From positions 3,038,001 through 3,102,000 of the forward strand of contig OZ287070.1 of the NCBI GenBank assembly GCA_965645245.1: 64,000 nt of DNA, read 5' to 3'. The notes under the pieces are model-generated. The model saw only the letters and a program-made list of their open reading frames with translations, searched no databases and was not told where the DNA came from. Both the position numbers and the translations under genes were made by a program. How positions within the stretch are numbered: the stretch's first letter is position 1; every line of letters begins with the position of its first letter. Source of the stretch: Massalongia carnosa. Taxonomy: Eukaryota. Below are positions 24,519-36,700 of this stretch, in pieces.

Positions 24519-25043
24519 GATGTAGTACGATCAATGTGTTCATGCTCTTTCTAACACGCAATTTTTGTGCTTCTGACAAGAAATCGCTGTGTACAGAAGA
24601 GAGAACTGATTGATGTGATTTGAGGGATCGTTTCTAAAGACACAGAAAGATTTTAGTCATGTGTCTACGATTCATTGAATAGGAACGATGCTTAGCTGAT
24701 TGCACTGCGATGCTGCGGATTAAAAGCTTCGATTCGTTTTAAATCGATAGCACCCTTCCGGGCTCATAACCTGTTGAAATAGGTATATGACTATGGCTAT
24801 ATGGCTATGTAATAATAAAGGTATGTATGACCGTGATGTTAAGGATGAAGAGTTGCTATGCAGCAATCTTTTCCTATTACTGGTCACCCTTCTAAGCGAG
24901 GTGATCTTATCTTATCTTGGGACTAAGCCTAATGCGGCATCTACGGTTTCCGTAGATCATCTGTCCATCTAGGGCAGCCGTAGGTGCTATGTTCATTGAA
25001 CTGATAGGTGTTCATTGTGCTGGTAGGAATTGGATATTCAACA

Positions 25044-25232
25044 GTTCGAAGGTGAGTTGATTTTTTATTGGGACAGTCAATGGCTGACTTCCCGGGATGC
25101 TGGCGTTTGCAATAAAAAAAGAGCTTCCAGTCTTCGCAAATCTTCCTAACTCCCTCGGTTTTTAGTGAATGGCCCTTGACAGCGGCCATAGCAGAGCTAA
25201 GATCCATCAGGTCGCCGACGGGCAGAGATGCT
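25044..25232 (-). pseudogene. Gypsy A gag, C-terminal fragment (zinc-knuckle region)
   Basis: MDLSSAMAAVKG...FYCKRQHPGKSAIDC matches G gag. Confidence 0.9.
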
Positions 25233-25410
25233 TGTTGATGTTACGCTAAACATTAGCCTGTAACTGACCAACCAGTCAGCGTTCCTGCGACCCCAAACAA
25301 GCAAATAGTCGACCAGCCAGTCAACTTTTGCTTCGACCCCCCACCAAACGGTGCAGACGCACCAGATCGACCAGACCCGACCGAACCAATCATATTTCAG
25401 TACCGCAGCC

Positions 25411-28400
25411 ATGGGATCTGATGCAAAGTATGATTATAGCTTTAAAAAGCTGACCGGTTCAACCAATTACAAGCAATGGACTCGCGACATGTCTTTTGCG
25501 TTGGAGGAAGCTAAGCTATGGGACCATGTTCTAGGAACGGCTATTCCACCTCCAACATTGGTAGCGACCACAAATGATGATGAAGAAAGGGCCGAACGAA
25601 TTTACCAGCGGTCCCTAAAAATCAAAGACTTCAACGATGACTCGCGCCGTACGGTAGCAAAAATTGGGCGAATGTGCACCGAGACCGTCCAGAAAGAATT
25701 CCTATCCAAAAACACACTCGCTAGATGGACTCCAAAAGAGCTATGGGACCACCTACAATCGCGATACACGTTACAAAATTGGGCATCAAAATGGAATACA
25801 CTCGGAAAGTTGCACTCCATCCACCAACGGGACTGCAAGAACGTGGCCGAGTTCATCAGTAAAATTAGGGACATTAATTCTGAAATAAGTGACCTAAAAA
25901 TAAGCATGGACGAGGCGGTCATAATTCATACCCTAAATTCATTAGACACTCAGTTCAAGTCCTACCTGGCCATCCTCAGCCATGAGTCGAGGGAGAAAGC
26001 AGAACTTCCAACACTCGAGGTCCTAGCAAAGGCCTTGGAGGATGAAGAGTTACGACTAGCCAATCAGGACAAAGCAACCGCGAACTACACGCAGAAAGGA
26101 AAGAAAGGTGGGGACTCCGGTAAAAAGAAAAAGCCGGGGGAGAACTCCAACTCCAACTCCAATAACACTTCCGACAGCAAAGACACATATGTCTGCACCA
26201 GGTGCAAGAAAACGCATGGAAAAGGTGATTGCTGGATGGACAAAGCGGAGTGTAATGGGTGTGGTAAACGTGGCCACATCAAGAAGTTCTGTAAAAAGAA
26301 CAAGACGAACCAGGAAAGTGAGGCGACCACCCCAGAGGCAACCACCAAAGGGCTATCTTGCTTTATCAGAAAGATCATACCGATCACACCGACCAATGAG
26401 GTCGAAGAGAAGAAAGGAATGGGGGCCATTCATTTGACGTGTAAGTCAGTGGCCGCAGTCATTCCAAAACCAAACCCCTACGTAATCATAGACTCTGGGG
26501 CCACCGACCATTTCTTCTCAAACCGAGGCTTTTTTACCACCTACACTGAGTACTACCATGAGTTCCAAACGGGCTCGGGGCAAGTTCTTCCTGCCTTCGG
26601 GTATGGTGACGTAGTCCTAAACATGGTCCAGGAGGATGGATCAATAAATGTCCTGACAGTAAAAGATGTAAGCTGGGCACCTGCCCTAGGCCACAACTTA
26701 CTGAGCACCGTTCCCCTTGCAATGAAAGGTGTTGAGGTGTTCCTGAGACGTACGGATGTTCCTACTCAATTAATTCATGAGAACAAAATCCACGGACTAG
26801 CTGACGTTATCAATCGACAATATGTTCTTCGAATTAAAAACCCGGAGATTATGCAGACGAACTTCGCAAACACTAAACCAGTAGTGAATGCAATTAAACC
26901 AACCATTGAAATTTGGCATCAAAGAATGGGCCACCTTGGTTATCGAAACATCCTCAAACTTCCACAAATAGCTGAAGGAATTGAGGTGAAAGGGCCGGTC
27001 CCAGAGGAAATTTGTGGGCCCTGCATGAAGGGTAGACAGCAACGTAAGCCGTCACGAACTCCCATGCCCCGAGCTTCAAAATTCCTGGAAGAGGTCCATA
27101 GTGATTTGGGAGGCCCATACCCGGCCTCCAGAAACGGGTTACAATACTACATATCTTTCAAAGACGATGCCACTGGAACGTACCATGTTTATCCAATGAA
27201 GCTAAAGAGCCAGGCCTTTGAGAAGGCAAAGGAATATATCGAATGGACGTCTCAGGAAACTGGCATGCAGATGGGAGCACTCCATTCGGATGGGGGAGGT
27301 GAATATGACAATGAAGCCTTTCAGGACTATCTTAAGAAACAACACATCAGATGGAAATGCAGTGCCCCATACACACCCGAGCAAAATGGAAAGGCCGAGC
27401 GACTGAATTATACTCTGATGAGTTCAGTTCGGTCCATCTTATCAGCGATGAAATTACCGAAGGGCCTATGGCCTGAAATCATCAAAGCAGTGTGTTATCT
27501 GAAGAACAGAAGTCCTAACACGGACGGGGTGACACCATATGAGAAACTAAACAACAAAAAGCCTAACCTCGGTCATCTAAGAGTGTTGGGTGCACGCGCT
27601 TGGGTTCATATTCCCAAGGAAAAGCGAAAGAAGCTAGACGAACGGTCCTGGCAGGGCATCCATGTGGGCTATGAAGGCACCAATCAGTACCGGATATATG
27701 ACCCCTGCACAGGCAAAGTTCATGTTACTAGAGACGTAACTATTGATGAAAAGAACCTATTTGACCGGAAAGCCTACAGATCAAACGAGCTTGTTGATGA
27801 CGAATGGGCACAAACAGACGATGATCAGTTCGGAAATCCAGACGATTTTGACGACGAGGGAAATAACAAACCCGAGGACTATTACACCCCTCGGTCAAAT
27901 AAACCTCACCTACCTACACCCCCCGATTCTCCTCCAAACACGGAACATTCACACCAAAATTCAGTGGGAGATTCACAACAAACAAGGCCAGAAGGGAGAA
28001 ATGTCGAAGAAAATTATGGAGGGGGAAATTATGATAGTCCCTATGATAGTCTGACCCACGACCCCGAGGCCACCAACCACGAGGCCGAGGCCACCGACCC
28101 CGAGACCCCCGAGGCCTCGGAAGGCCACAATTCTTCCACCTCTGACCATGTTCCATTGAGAAGGTCCAAGCGGGCACCAGTCAAACGAGCACAATATCCT
28201 GATGAAATTTTTTATGGACCAGGTAGGCTACCGAAACGAACTAACTTCACTAGCAAAAACGTGGCAAAATCCCACATACATATGATGAAGGCACTAACCA
28301 TGCTTGCAAACAACATTGATAATGAAGGGCCAGACGAACCCTTCTCGCTCAAAGAGGCTATGGCTAGGCCTGATTGGCCCAAATGGATGGAGGCCATGAA

Positions 28401-29870
28401 GGCCGAAATTGAATCTCATACCGAAAATGGCACGTGGGAGTTGACCGAAGCACCAAAAGACCGACGGGTAATCACCGGACGGTGGGTGTTCAAACTGAAA
28501 AAGGATCGACATGGAAATATCCTAAAATACAAAGCACGATGGGTGGTTCATGGCTACAAGCAGGAAGAAGGTCTAGACTACATCGACACCTTCGCTGCAG
28601 TAGTCAAGCCCATGTCATATAAGGCCATGATGGGTGTAGGAGTTAAACGTGGATTTACCATTCGTCATATGGATGTTGTGACCGCTTTCTCTATGGATAT
28701 CTGGATGAACTGATATTTGTCGAACAACCTCATTTATTCAACCCGACACCGCACCTAGTTTGTAAGCTGATCAAAGCACTTTATGGACTGAAACAATCAC
28801 CACAAGTGTGGTACCAGACCCTTGTTGATTTCCTGAAGAAACTAGGATTTCATCGCTTGGAACTTGATCATGGAGTGTTTGTTTCTGATGACAAGAAGCA
28901 ATTCATAGCGATATATGTGGACGACCTACTACTCTTTGGGGCAGACATACCCCGCCTCGAGTTCATACAAAAACAACTATCTGATCGGTTCAAAATGACG
29001 AACCTGGGTGACGTCTCTCACTATTTAGGAATGGAAATTGACGTTGACGTTGGAAAAAAAATAATCCTTCGTCAAACAACCTACCTCAAAAAGGTTCTGG
29101 ACCGTTTCGGAATGACCGACTGCAAGCAATCCTCCATACCAATGGATCCGGGAGTAGCAAGCTCCCTTCTACCCTCAAAACAGGTGGCGGACAAAGCCAC
29201 TGTGGCCTGGTATCAGTCAGCAATTGGGTCACTGATGTGGCCAGCAGTCCACACCCGACCCGACATCTCTTATTCTGTGGGAGTCCTCAGCCGCTATTGC
29301 AGCAACCCCGGACCCACCCACATACAGCTAGTCAAACAAATCTTCCGCTATTTAGCAGGGACACTGACCATAGGACTGACATTTTCGGCTGACTCTCCGG
29401 ATGAACTAATCGGATACACTGACTCTGATTGGGCGGGGACCGTAGATGGAAGAAAGTCGACCGGTGGGTACGTTTGGATGCTTTCGGGCTGTCCAATTTC
29501 TCACCAATCAAACCAACAACCGACCGTCGCTCTGTCTTCATGCGAAGCTGAGTATATGGCGATCACTGAAGCAGGGAAGGAGGCCTTATGGTGCTCTCGC
29601 TTCCTCGAGGCCCTCGGGCACAGACGACCTGACCAACCAGCAGACCTCCGAGCAGACAACAAGGGGGCGATTGACCTTACCGCTAACCCAGAGTTCCATA
29701 AACGAACAAAGCATATTGACGTACGACATCATTGGATAAGGGAAGTTGTACTAGACCGAAAGATAATCATCACATACATTTCAACGAATGAAATGATAGC
29801 AGATGGGATGACAAAGCCGCTACCACCAGCAAGGTTCCAGGCCTTTAGGGCCATGATGGGCATGAGGTAG
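25411..29870 (+). CDS. Copia D gag-pol with a single frameshift near 28690
   Basis: Two Cys/His knuckles, IIDSGAT, WHQRMGH...CGPC, DDE, YVDD and YTDSDW. Confidence 0.92.
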
Positions 29871-30221
29871 GGCAGTGCAAATTTCTGAATAGCATCAACC
29901 AAGGCAGACACTGATGAATAGTAAAATTCACGTGTAGGTATAATAGCATGATTGTCATTGAAGGTATGGATTATATGTGAGCTATCTACTTCATTATATA
30001 GCAGTCACATTGGAGACCTTTCGGCGACCCTTTTCATAAGGAGTCAGCCGGTCCACTGAATCTCGGTCCCCGGAGGTCATCTCGGTCCCCGGAGGTCATC
30101 TCGGTCCCCGTGGTAGAGTCGCCGAAGATAAGCACTAGATGAATGCCCATGATGGTAGCCCCTACCATCTGACACTCCCATTCAGTCATCTTGAGACTAT
30201 TCGAATATTACCTCTTTGAGC

Positions 30222-33200
30222 TTAGTTCATGCCAAGCATTAACTTAAAGTCCTCAAAGGGTTTAGCGGCCAGTGGCTTCGTAAGCCCATCTGCCACCATC
30301 TCTTTGGTCGAGATAAATTTGATTTTTATCTTTCCCAATTCAACCACCTCCCGTATCCAATGCCATTTGATTTCAATGTGCTTGGTGCGACGGTGAAACT
30401 CCGGGTTTTCGGCCAGTGCAATTGACCCTTGATTGTCCCCTCGAAGTAGGACTGGGTGGCCCTTCTTCCGGTATCCCAGCTCGGTCAGAAATCGTGCACA
30501 CCAAATGGCCTCTTTAGCTGCTTCTGTTAGGGCCATATATTCGGCCTCGCAGGTGGATAGGGCGACGGTAGGTTGTAGCTTGGAACAGTGAGAAATCGGG
30601 GCGCCTGCTAACAAAAATGTATAGGCCCCTGTCGATTTTCTTCCATCTTTCGTTCCAGCATAGTCGGAGTCCGAGTACCCCACAATGTCATCCTCGGTAT
30701 CTTTTCTAAACACGAGGCCTGCATTTAGGGTACTGGAGATATAGCGCATAATGCGCTGAAGATATTTGCAGTGTAATGGGCCTGGGTTCGAACAATATCG
30801 ACTCAGTACTCCCACTGCATAAGCGATGTCGGGGCGTGTATGCATGGCTGGCCACATGAGCGAGCCTACCACCGACTGGTACCAGGTAATTGTTTTCTTG
30901 TCGGCCTGGTCTTCCGACGGCATGAGTGTGTTTCCGGCACCGGGGTCCATGGGGGTGGAAATAGGTCTGCAGTCGACCATATTAAATCGCTGCAGTATCT
31001 TCTTCAGATAAGTTGTTTGTCGGAGAGTTATAATCGATTTTTCGGTGTTGACGTTCACCTCAATTCCCAAATAATGGGACACTTCTCCCAAGTCCGTCAT
31101 GCGGAAACGAGACTTCAATTCGTGTTGCAGTTGCTGCAATTTTGAAGTATCTTTGCCGAAGATGAGGAGGTCGTCGACGTAAATCGCTATAAACATATCG
31201 TCCGATACAAAAACTCCATGGTCCGAATATGTCCGTTTAAACCCCATCTTTTGCAGAAAATCCTGCAAGGTCTGGTACCATACACGAGGGGATTGTTTTA
31301 GGCCATATAGGGCCTTTCTTAGTAAGCAGACCTTGTCCTCCCCTTTTTCGAACAAGGTGGGTTGTATGACATAAATAGCTTCATCTAGGAAGCCATATAG
31401 GAAAGCAGTCACCACATCCATGTGGTGAATGGAAAGCCCCTTTTTAACACTGATTCCCATCAATGCTTTGTAGGAGACTGGTTTTACCACTGTAGCAAAG
31501 GTATCGAGGTAGTCCAGGCCTTCCTTTTGTTTATAGCCGTGAACTACCCATCTTGCTTTGTACTTTAGTACTTTCCCATTTCTGTCTTTCTTTAGTTTGA
31601 ACACCCAGCGACCGGTGATCACCTTTCGATCACTCGGTGCTTTTTCTAGTGTCCATATTTCATTCTCCACTAGGGATTGGTATTCGGCCTCCATGGCCTT
31701 TTTCCATTGTTCCCAGTGGGGTGAGGACATTGCCTCTTTCAGTGTCAGAGGTTCATCGAGGCCTTCTGTGTCCTCGCCTCTTGCCAGGGTGATTAGCACT
31801 CGTACCATATGTTTATGGGATTCTGGCACCTGGTTTGACCTGAATATATTTATGCTGGGACGGGAGTTCTCCAGTGACTTTTGACTGGGAACTCTTAATC
31901 GCCTAGATCTTCGAGGTTCGATGAGGGGTGAAGGAATTTCTTCCGTTTCACTTGGATCATCCTCCCCCTCACTCTCCTCGGCTTGGCCTCCCCCCGACGC
32001 ATTTACTCCCATTGGATGAAGCATTATTCGTGGAGTTGATGGGGCCGATACCTGTTGGTCTTCCGAACTTCTCGATATTTTGGAGTTCGGGTTTATCGGA
32101 GATAACGAATTTGGGATTTCGACTTCATTTTCGACAAAGTCGTCCGGATCATCAAATAAACCATCATCATTCTTCTCCCATGGAATGTCGGCTAGGTCCC
32201 AGGCCTTTTTGTCCTTGGGATCATATATATTGCCTTCGTCGACGGTGATATCGCGACAAACATGGACTTTTCCAGTGAGAGGATCGTAGATTCGATACTG
32301 ATTGTTTCCATCATACCCGACAAATATTCCTTGCCAGGAACGATCATCCAATTTCTTTCGTTTCTCCTTTGGGATATGTACCCACGTCCTTGCCCCGACC
32401 GTTCTCATATGGCCGAGGAAGGGTTTCGCATTGTTCATGCGTTCATATGGAGTGACCTCGTCGACCCCGGGACTTCTATTTTTGATGTACCCAGCAGTCT
32501 TCAGGACTTCCCCCCAAAGAGACTTTGGAAGTCTCTTTGCTTTCAACATGGACCGGGTAGGGACCATGAGAGTATAGTTCTGTCTTTCGGCTTTTCCGTT
32601 TTGCTCGGGCACATTCGGTGCCCTGGCTTCCCATTGAATGCCTTCCTTTTTTAGGAAATTCTGGAAGTCTCCACCCGTGTACTCTCCTCCTCCATCAGCT
32701 CGAAGGCGCTTTATTTTCTTTTCTGATTGATTTTCTATCCATGCTTTGAACTCTTTGAAAATTTCAAAGGTCTGACCCTTTGTTTTCAGCAAATACACCC
32801 ACACTACTCCGGAGAAATCGTCTTTTATTGTAGCATAAAAACGTTCACCGAACCTTGTCAGTGGGAATGGTCCCCCCAAATCGCTATGCACTAGACCCAG
32901 GAATTCTGTTGCTCGGGTCCTTGGAGTGCGATTTATTTTCCGCTGTTGTCTACCCATCATGCATGGGCCGCATACTTCTTCTGGTATGGGTCCTTCGATG
33001 GTGACTCCATTGGCTAAGTGATTTAGTTTTAGGAGGTTTGGATAGCTGAGGTGGCCGAGTCGTTCGTGCCATATTTGAATAGGGGACTTTGCAGAATTTG
33101 TGGTGGTGAGGGCTCGTGCACCGATAGTGCTGATGGTGGTTTCCAAAATATATTGATTATCTATCGTTTTGGCCAGTCCAATCACCTTTCCTTTGTGCAC

Positions 33201-33428
33201 TAATTGTGCGGGCTGCTCGTCCGCCATCAGGTATGTTGCTATGCCTTTCTTACCAAGCTTAATGGTGCTGATGAGGTTAAATTTTAGGCGTGGGGAGTAT
33301 AGGACATCGGTCAGAATGAGGTCAGTTTGACTCCCATTGCCATTGTCCAGCGGGATAAGCAGAGAGCCTGTGCCCTCTGTTGGTAGTACTTCTCCGGACC
33401 CTGTCTCTAGAAAGTTGTACTCGCTCCG
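30222..33428 (-). CDS. Copia E pol, 3' part (rest of protease, integrase, RT, RNase H)
   Basis: Open frame that joins 39833-40932 in frame (GTFR/SEYNF) once F is removed. Confidence 0.93.
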   Translation of the reverse strand, partial: RSEYNFLETGSGEVLPTEGTGSLLIPLDNGNGSQTDLILTDVLYSPRLKFNLISTIKLGKKGIATYLMADEQPAQLVHKGKVIGLAKTIDNQYILETTISTIGARALTTTNSAKSPIQIWHERLGHLSYPNLLKLNHLANGVTIEGPIPEEVCGPCMMGRQQRKINRTPRTRATEFLGLVHSDLGGPFPLTRFGERFYATIKDDFSGVVWVYLLKTKGQTFEIFKEFKAWIENQSEKKIKRLRADGGGEYTGGDFQNFLKKEGIQWEARAPNVPEQNGKAERQNYTLMVPTRSMLKAKRLPKSLWGEVLKTAGYIKNRSPGVDEVTPYERMNNAKPFLGHMRTVGARTWVHIPKEKRKKLDDRSWQGIFVGYDGNNQYRIYDPLTGKVHVCRDITVDEGNIYDPKDKKAWDLADIPWEKNDDGLFDDPDDFVENEVEIPNSLSPINPNSKISRSSEDQQVSAPSTPRIMLHPMGVNASGGGQAEESEGEDDPSETEEIPSPLIEPRRSRRLRVPSQKSLENSRPSINIFRSNQVPESHKHMVRVLITLARGEDTEGLDEPLTLKEAMSSPHWEQWKKAMEAEYQSLVENEIWTLEKAPSDRKVITGRWVFKLKKDRNGKVLKYKARWVVHGYKQKEGLDYLDTFATVVKPVSYKALMGISVKKGLSIHHMDVVTAFLYGFLDEAIYVIQPTLFEKGEDKVCLLRKALYGLKQSPRVWYQTLQDFLQKMGFKRTYSDHGVFVSDDMFIAIYVDDLLIFGKDTSKLQQLQHELKSRFRMTDLGEVSHYLGIEVNVNTEKSIITLRQTTYLKKILQRFNMVDCRPISTPMDPGAGNTLMPSEDQADKKTITWYQSVVGSLMWPAMHTRPDIAYAVGVLSRYCSNPGPLHCKYLQRIMRYISSTLNAGLVFRKDTEDDIVGYSDSDYAGTKDGRKSTGAYTFLLAGAPISHCSKLQPTVALSTCEAEYMALTEAAKEAIWCARFLTELGYRKKGHPVLLRGDNQGSIALAENPEFHRRTKHIEIKWHWIREVVELGKIKIKFISTKEMVADGLTKPLAAKPFEDFKLMLGMN

Positions 33429-33737
33429 TGTAAGGTTATGTGTAAGGTAGCTGTCGTCGATTCTTTTCAACCGCTATTAAACTAAAATTTATCTACAAAG
33501 AAAGAAAAGAATTATTGTGCGCGACTCGCTAGAAATATCTGCGTCGAGTGTCGCGCGCGCTAGCCTCGCGCGATCCCGTGATCCCTCTTTCTATCTCGGC
33601 TGGCGCTAAGCCTAACCGGTTACCTCGAACACCTCTAAGGTCAACCTTCTATCTCTATGTCAGGCTAGGACCCTGACACTATCCCCCCCTTCTATGGGCG
33701 AGGTCTCCGAAGCGCTAAGTGGCAGGCGCCCTGTCAG

Positions 33738-36700
33738 CTAGCCTGTTTCTGTCAGGTCTTCTGGTGGTTTCGGCTTATGTGGGTGTTCGCGATGATATTG
33801 AAGGATTTTATCCTTGGAGTTCTTGAAGTCGGTCCATGATTGCCAGTAAGGGTTCGCATTCCATTCGTCCCAGTTGCCGACGAAAGTTGCTTTGTACTGC
33901 ACTCCGAATTTCCTTGTTTCGCGGCAGTCTACTATTTCAAGGACTTCCCACTCTTCGTGAGCCTCCTCTTCGTCGTTCTCGACAATGGCTATGGGCGGTC
34001 CGGGCGGTAAGACTTGACCTGGGAATGGATTGGAAGGTGCTAGATGTAGCTTCCATGGATGAAAGATGGAAGTAAGATCAACGTTCTTTAACTGATCCGG
34101 GATCTCTAGTTCGTAGGCTTTATTGTCGATAATTCTTATTATCTTCCACGGGCCTGCGTTCTTGAAACTTAACGATCTGCTGGGTCTTTCGAAAGCGAAA
34201 TGTTTGGCGTTAACATAAACCATGTCCCCGACCTTGTATTCGGGATGAGGTTGGCGGCCTTTGTTTGCATGCCTTGTTTGTTCTTCCTGAGCCCAGGCTA
34301 ATTGATCTCGAAGCCAGGTTCGCATGGCTTCCTGTCGTTCTATGATCTTGTCAGCGTGCAGTATCTCCGCTCTTCCTTTTCCTTCATATGTGCCTGGTGG
34401 TTCGATGCCACAGCGCGGATGAAAGCCATGATCTGCGAAGAATGGGGTCATTCCCGTAGATACATTTACATGATTGTTGGCGGCAAACTCTGCGTCCGAG
34501 AGATAATCCACCCAGTTGTCTTGTGTGTAACTGACGTACGCTCGGAGGTAGTTCTTCATCACCTTGTTGGCGTTCTCGGTTTGACCGTCTGTTTCGGGGT
34601 GATGTGCGGAAGAGAATTTTATTCTCACCCCGTATCTTTCGCAAACTCTTTTCCATAAGTGAGCGGTTAGTTGACTACCGCGATCGTTGACTGTTGATAT
34701 AGGGAATCCGTAAGAGGAGAATAATCTTCTGGACATCGCGTCCATCAGTTCGTCAGTAGAGAGAGATGTTAGTGGTTCGTATAATCGTCTTTTCGTTAAA
34801 CGATCTACTATCACCAATATGTGCTGATAGACTCTGTTCCGTCTTCGGCATTCTGGAAGAAATTCAACGAAGTCCAATGATACGTCCATCCATTTTCTAT
34901 TCGGGATGGGGAGAGGATTCAACAGTCCCTGCTTCTTGTCGTTGTATGCTTTTGATCTACGACATACTGAGCAGTTCACGGCGTATCTCTTGCAGTGCTC
35001 CTTCATGTCGAACCAGAAGTAATTTTCTCTCATTATTTGATACATACTTTTGTATCCCGGATGGCCCTGTAATGGTGGTTCGTGATGCTTTTGCAGTAAA
35101 TGCAATTGCAATGACTCGTGATCTGGTACGTATAATCTTCCTTTGACATACAGCTTGTCGTTTTCTAATTTGAGGTCCCCCATGGCTAGCTTTATCCCTC
35201 TTTTTATGAGGTTCAGTGGGAGTTTTCTCAGTTCCTTCTTCTTTGCTGCTATTATGTCTTGAACCGTTTCGTCCTTTTCGTAAGCCTCTTCTATTAGTTC
35301 TTCCAAGGTCTTCGTTATCGAGCTCTCGGTCACGTCGGTCACTGGTGTATGTTCTGCGTTAGGTTCCTCTGATTCTGTTGCGTCTTCCTCAGTGGCTACG
35401 CTTCGATCATCTTGATCGTTATCGTTATCGTCGTCTATCGTGTTTGCGCAGAACACGACCGCTAACGCTTTTCGTATATTGTCATCTAGTTGATGCTCCT
35501 GCAACAACGTTTGAAATTGATGTTGCTCTCTGATATCTTCGAATCCCTTCGGGAGATCTTGAGAGCGTCGGGTCAGCGTGTCCGGTTTTTCTCCTTGCTT
35601 CCCCGGTCGATACATTATCTTGAAATTAAACTCGGAAAGAAATTCAGCCCATCTGGCTTGTCTTCTGTTTAGCTGCTTTGTCGTCATAAAATGCTCCAAA
35701 TTCTTGTGATCGGTGTATACTTTAACGGGTTTGTCAGGAGCAGCACTTGCAACTTCGGGACGCCAGACTTCGAAGCTCTTTACAATTGCGAGGAGCTCCT
35801 TATCGTAAATCATATAGTTACACTCGGCAGGGGTCATCTTTTTGGAGAAATAAGCCACTGGTTTCAGTACTCCGTCGTGCATTTGAGAGAGTACTCCGGC
35901 GCTAACGAAATCTGAAGAGTCAGTCTCGACCCACGTTTCCAGGGCCGGGTCGTAATGTGCTAAAACGGGAGCGGTGGTGAATGCATTCTTTAAATCTTCG
36001 AAGGCTTTCTGACAATCTTCGGACCAAACGAACGAGTTATACTTGGTTCGTTTCTTTCCTGATTTAGTTGTTATTTGTTCACCCTTCGTTAACTCTGTTA
36101 ATGGTCTCGTTCGTTGCGAAAACCTCGATATAAATCGTCGATAAAAATTCGCAAAGCCTAAGAATGCTTGCACGTCTTTGACGGATCCTGGGGTCTCCCA
36201 TTTTAGAATCGCCTCGATTTTCTCCGGGTCCATTTTTATCCCCTCGGTGGTGACTATCAGTCCAAGATACTTTACCTTCGTTACGGAGAATTCGCATTTG
36301 TCTATATCCACTTGCAGTCCTTTCTCTTTCAATCGAGTTAGGACTATTAACACTTGTTCGGAATGCTCTTCTTCGTTTTCGCTGTAAATCAAGACATCGT
36401 CTAAATACGCCGTGCAGAAAACGTCTAAATATTCTCTGACTGTGTCGTTGATGAAGCTTTGAAAAGTCCCTGGAGCGTTGCAGAGACCGAATGGCATCAC
36501 CAGATATTCGAACTGACCATATCTGGTATTGAAAGCTGTGAGCCACTCATGGCCTTCTTTCATTCTCATACGATTGAACGCGCTAATCACATCCAGTTTC
36601 GTGAACTTCTTGGCTTGCGACAGTTTTCCCAATGTCTCATTTATCAACGGTATTGGATACCTGTTCTTGATGGTGATGGAGTTCAAGGCTCTATAATCTA

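Larger units (their letters stand above)
19032..25043 (-). mobile_element. Copia C, full length, inserted in A gag
   Basis: 272-bp LTRs (19032-19303, 24772-25043) that appear identical. TSD GTTCG. PPT GAGGGGGGG. PBS GGTTATGAGCCCGG. Confidence 0.96.
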
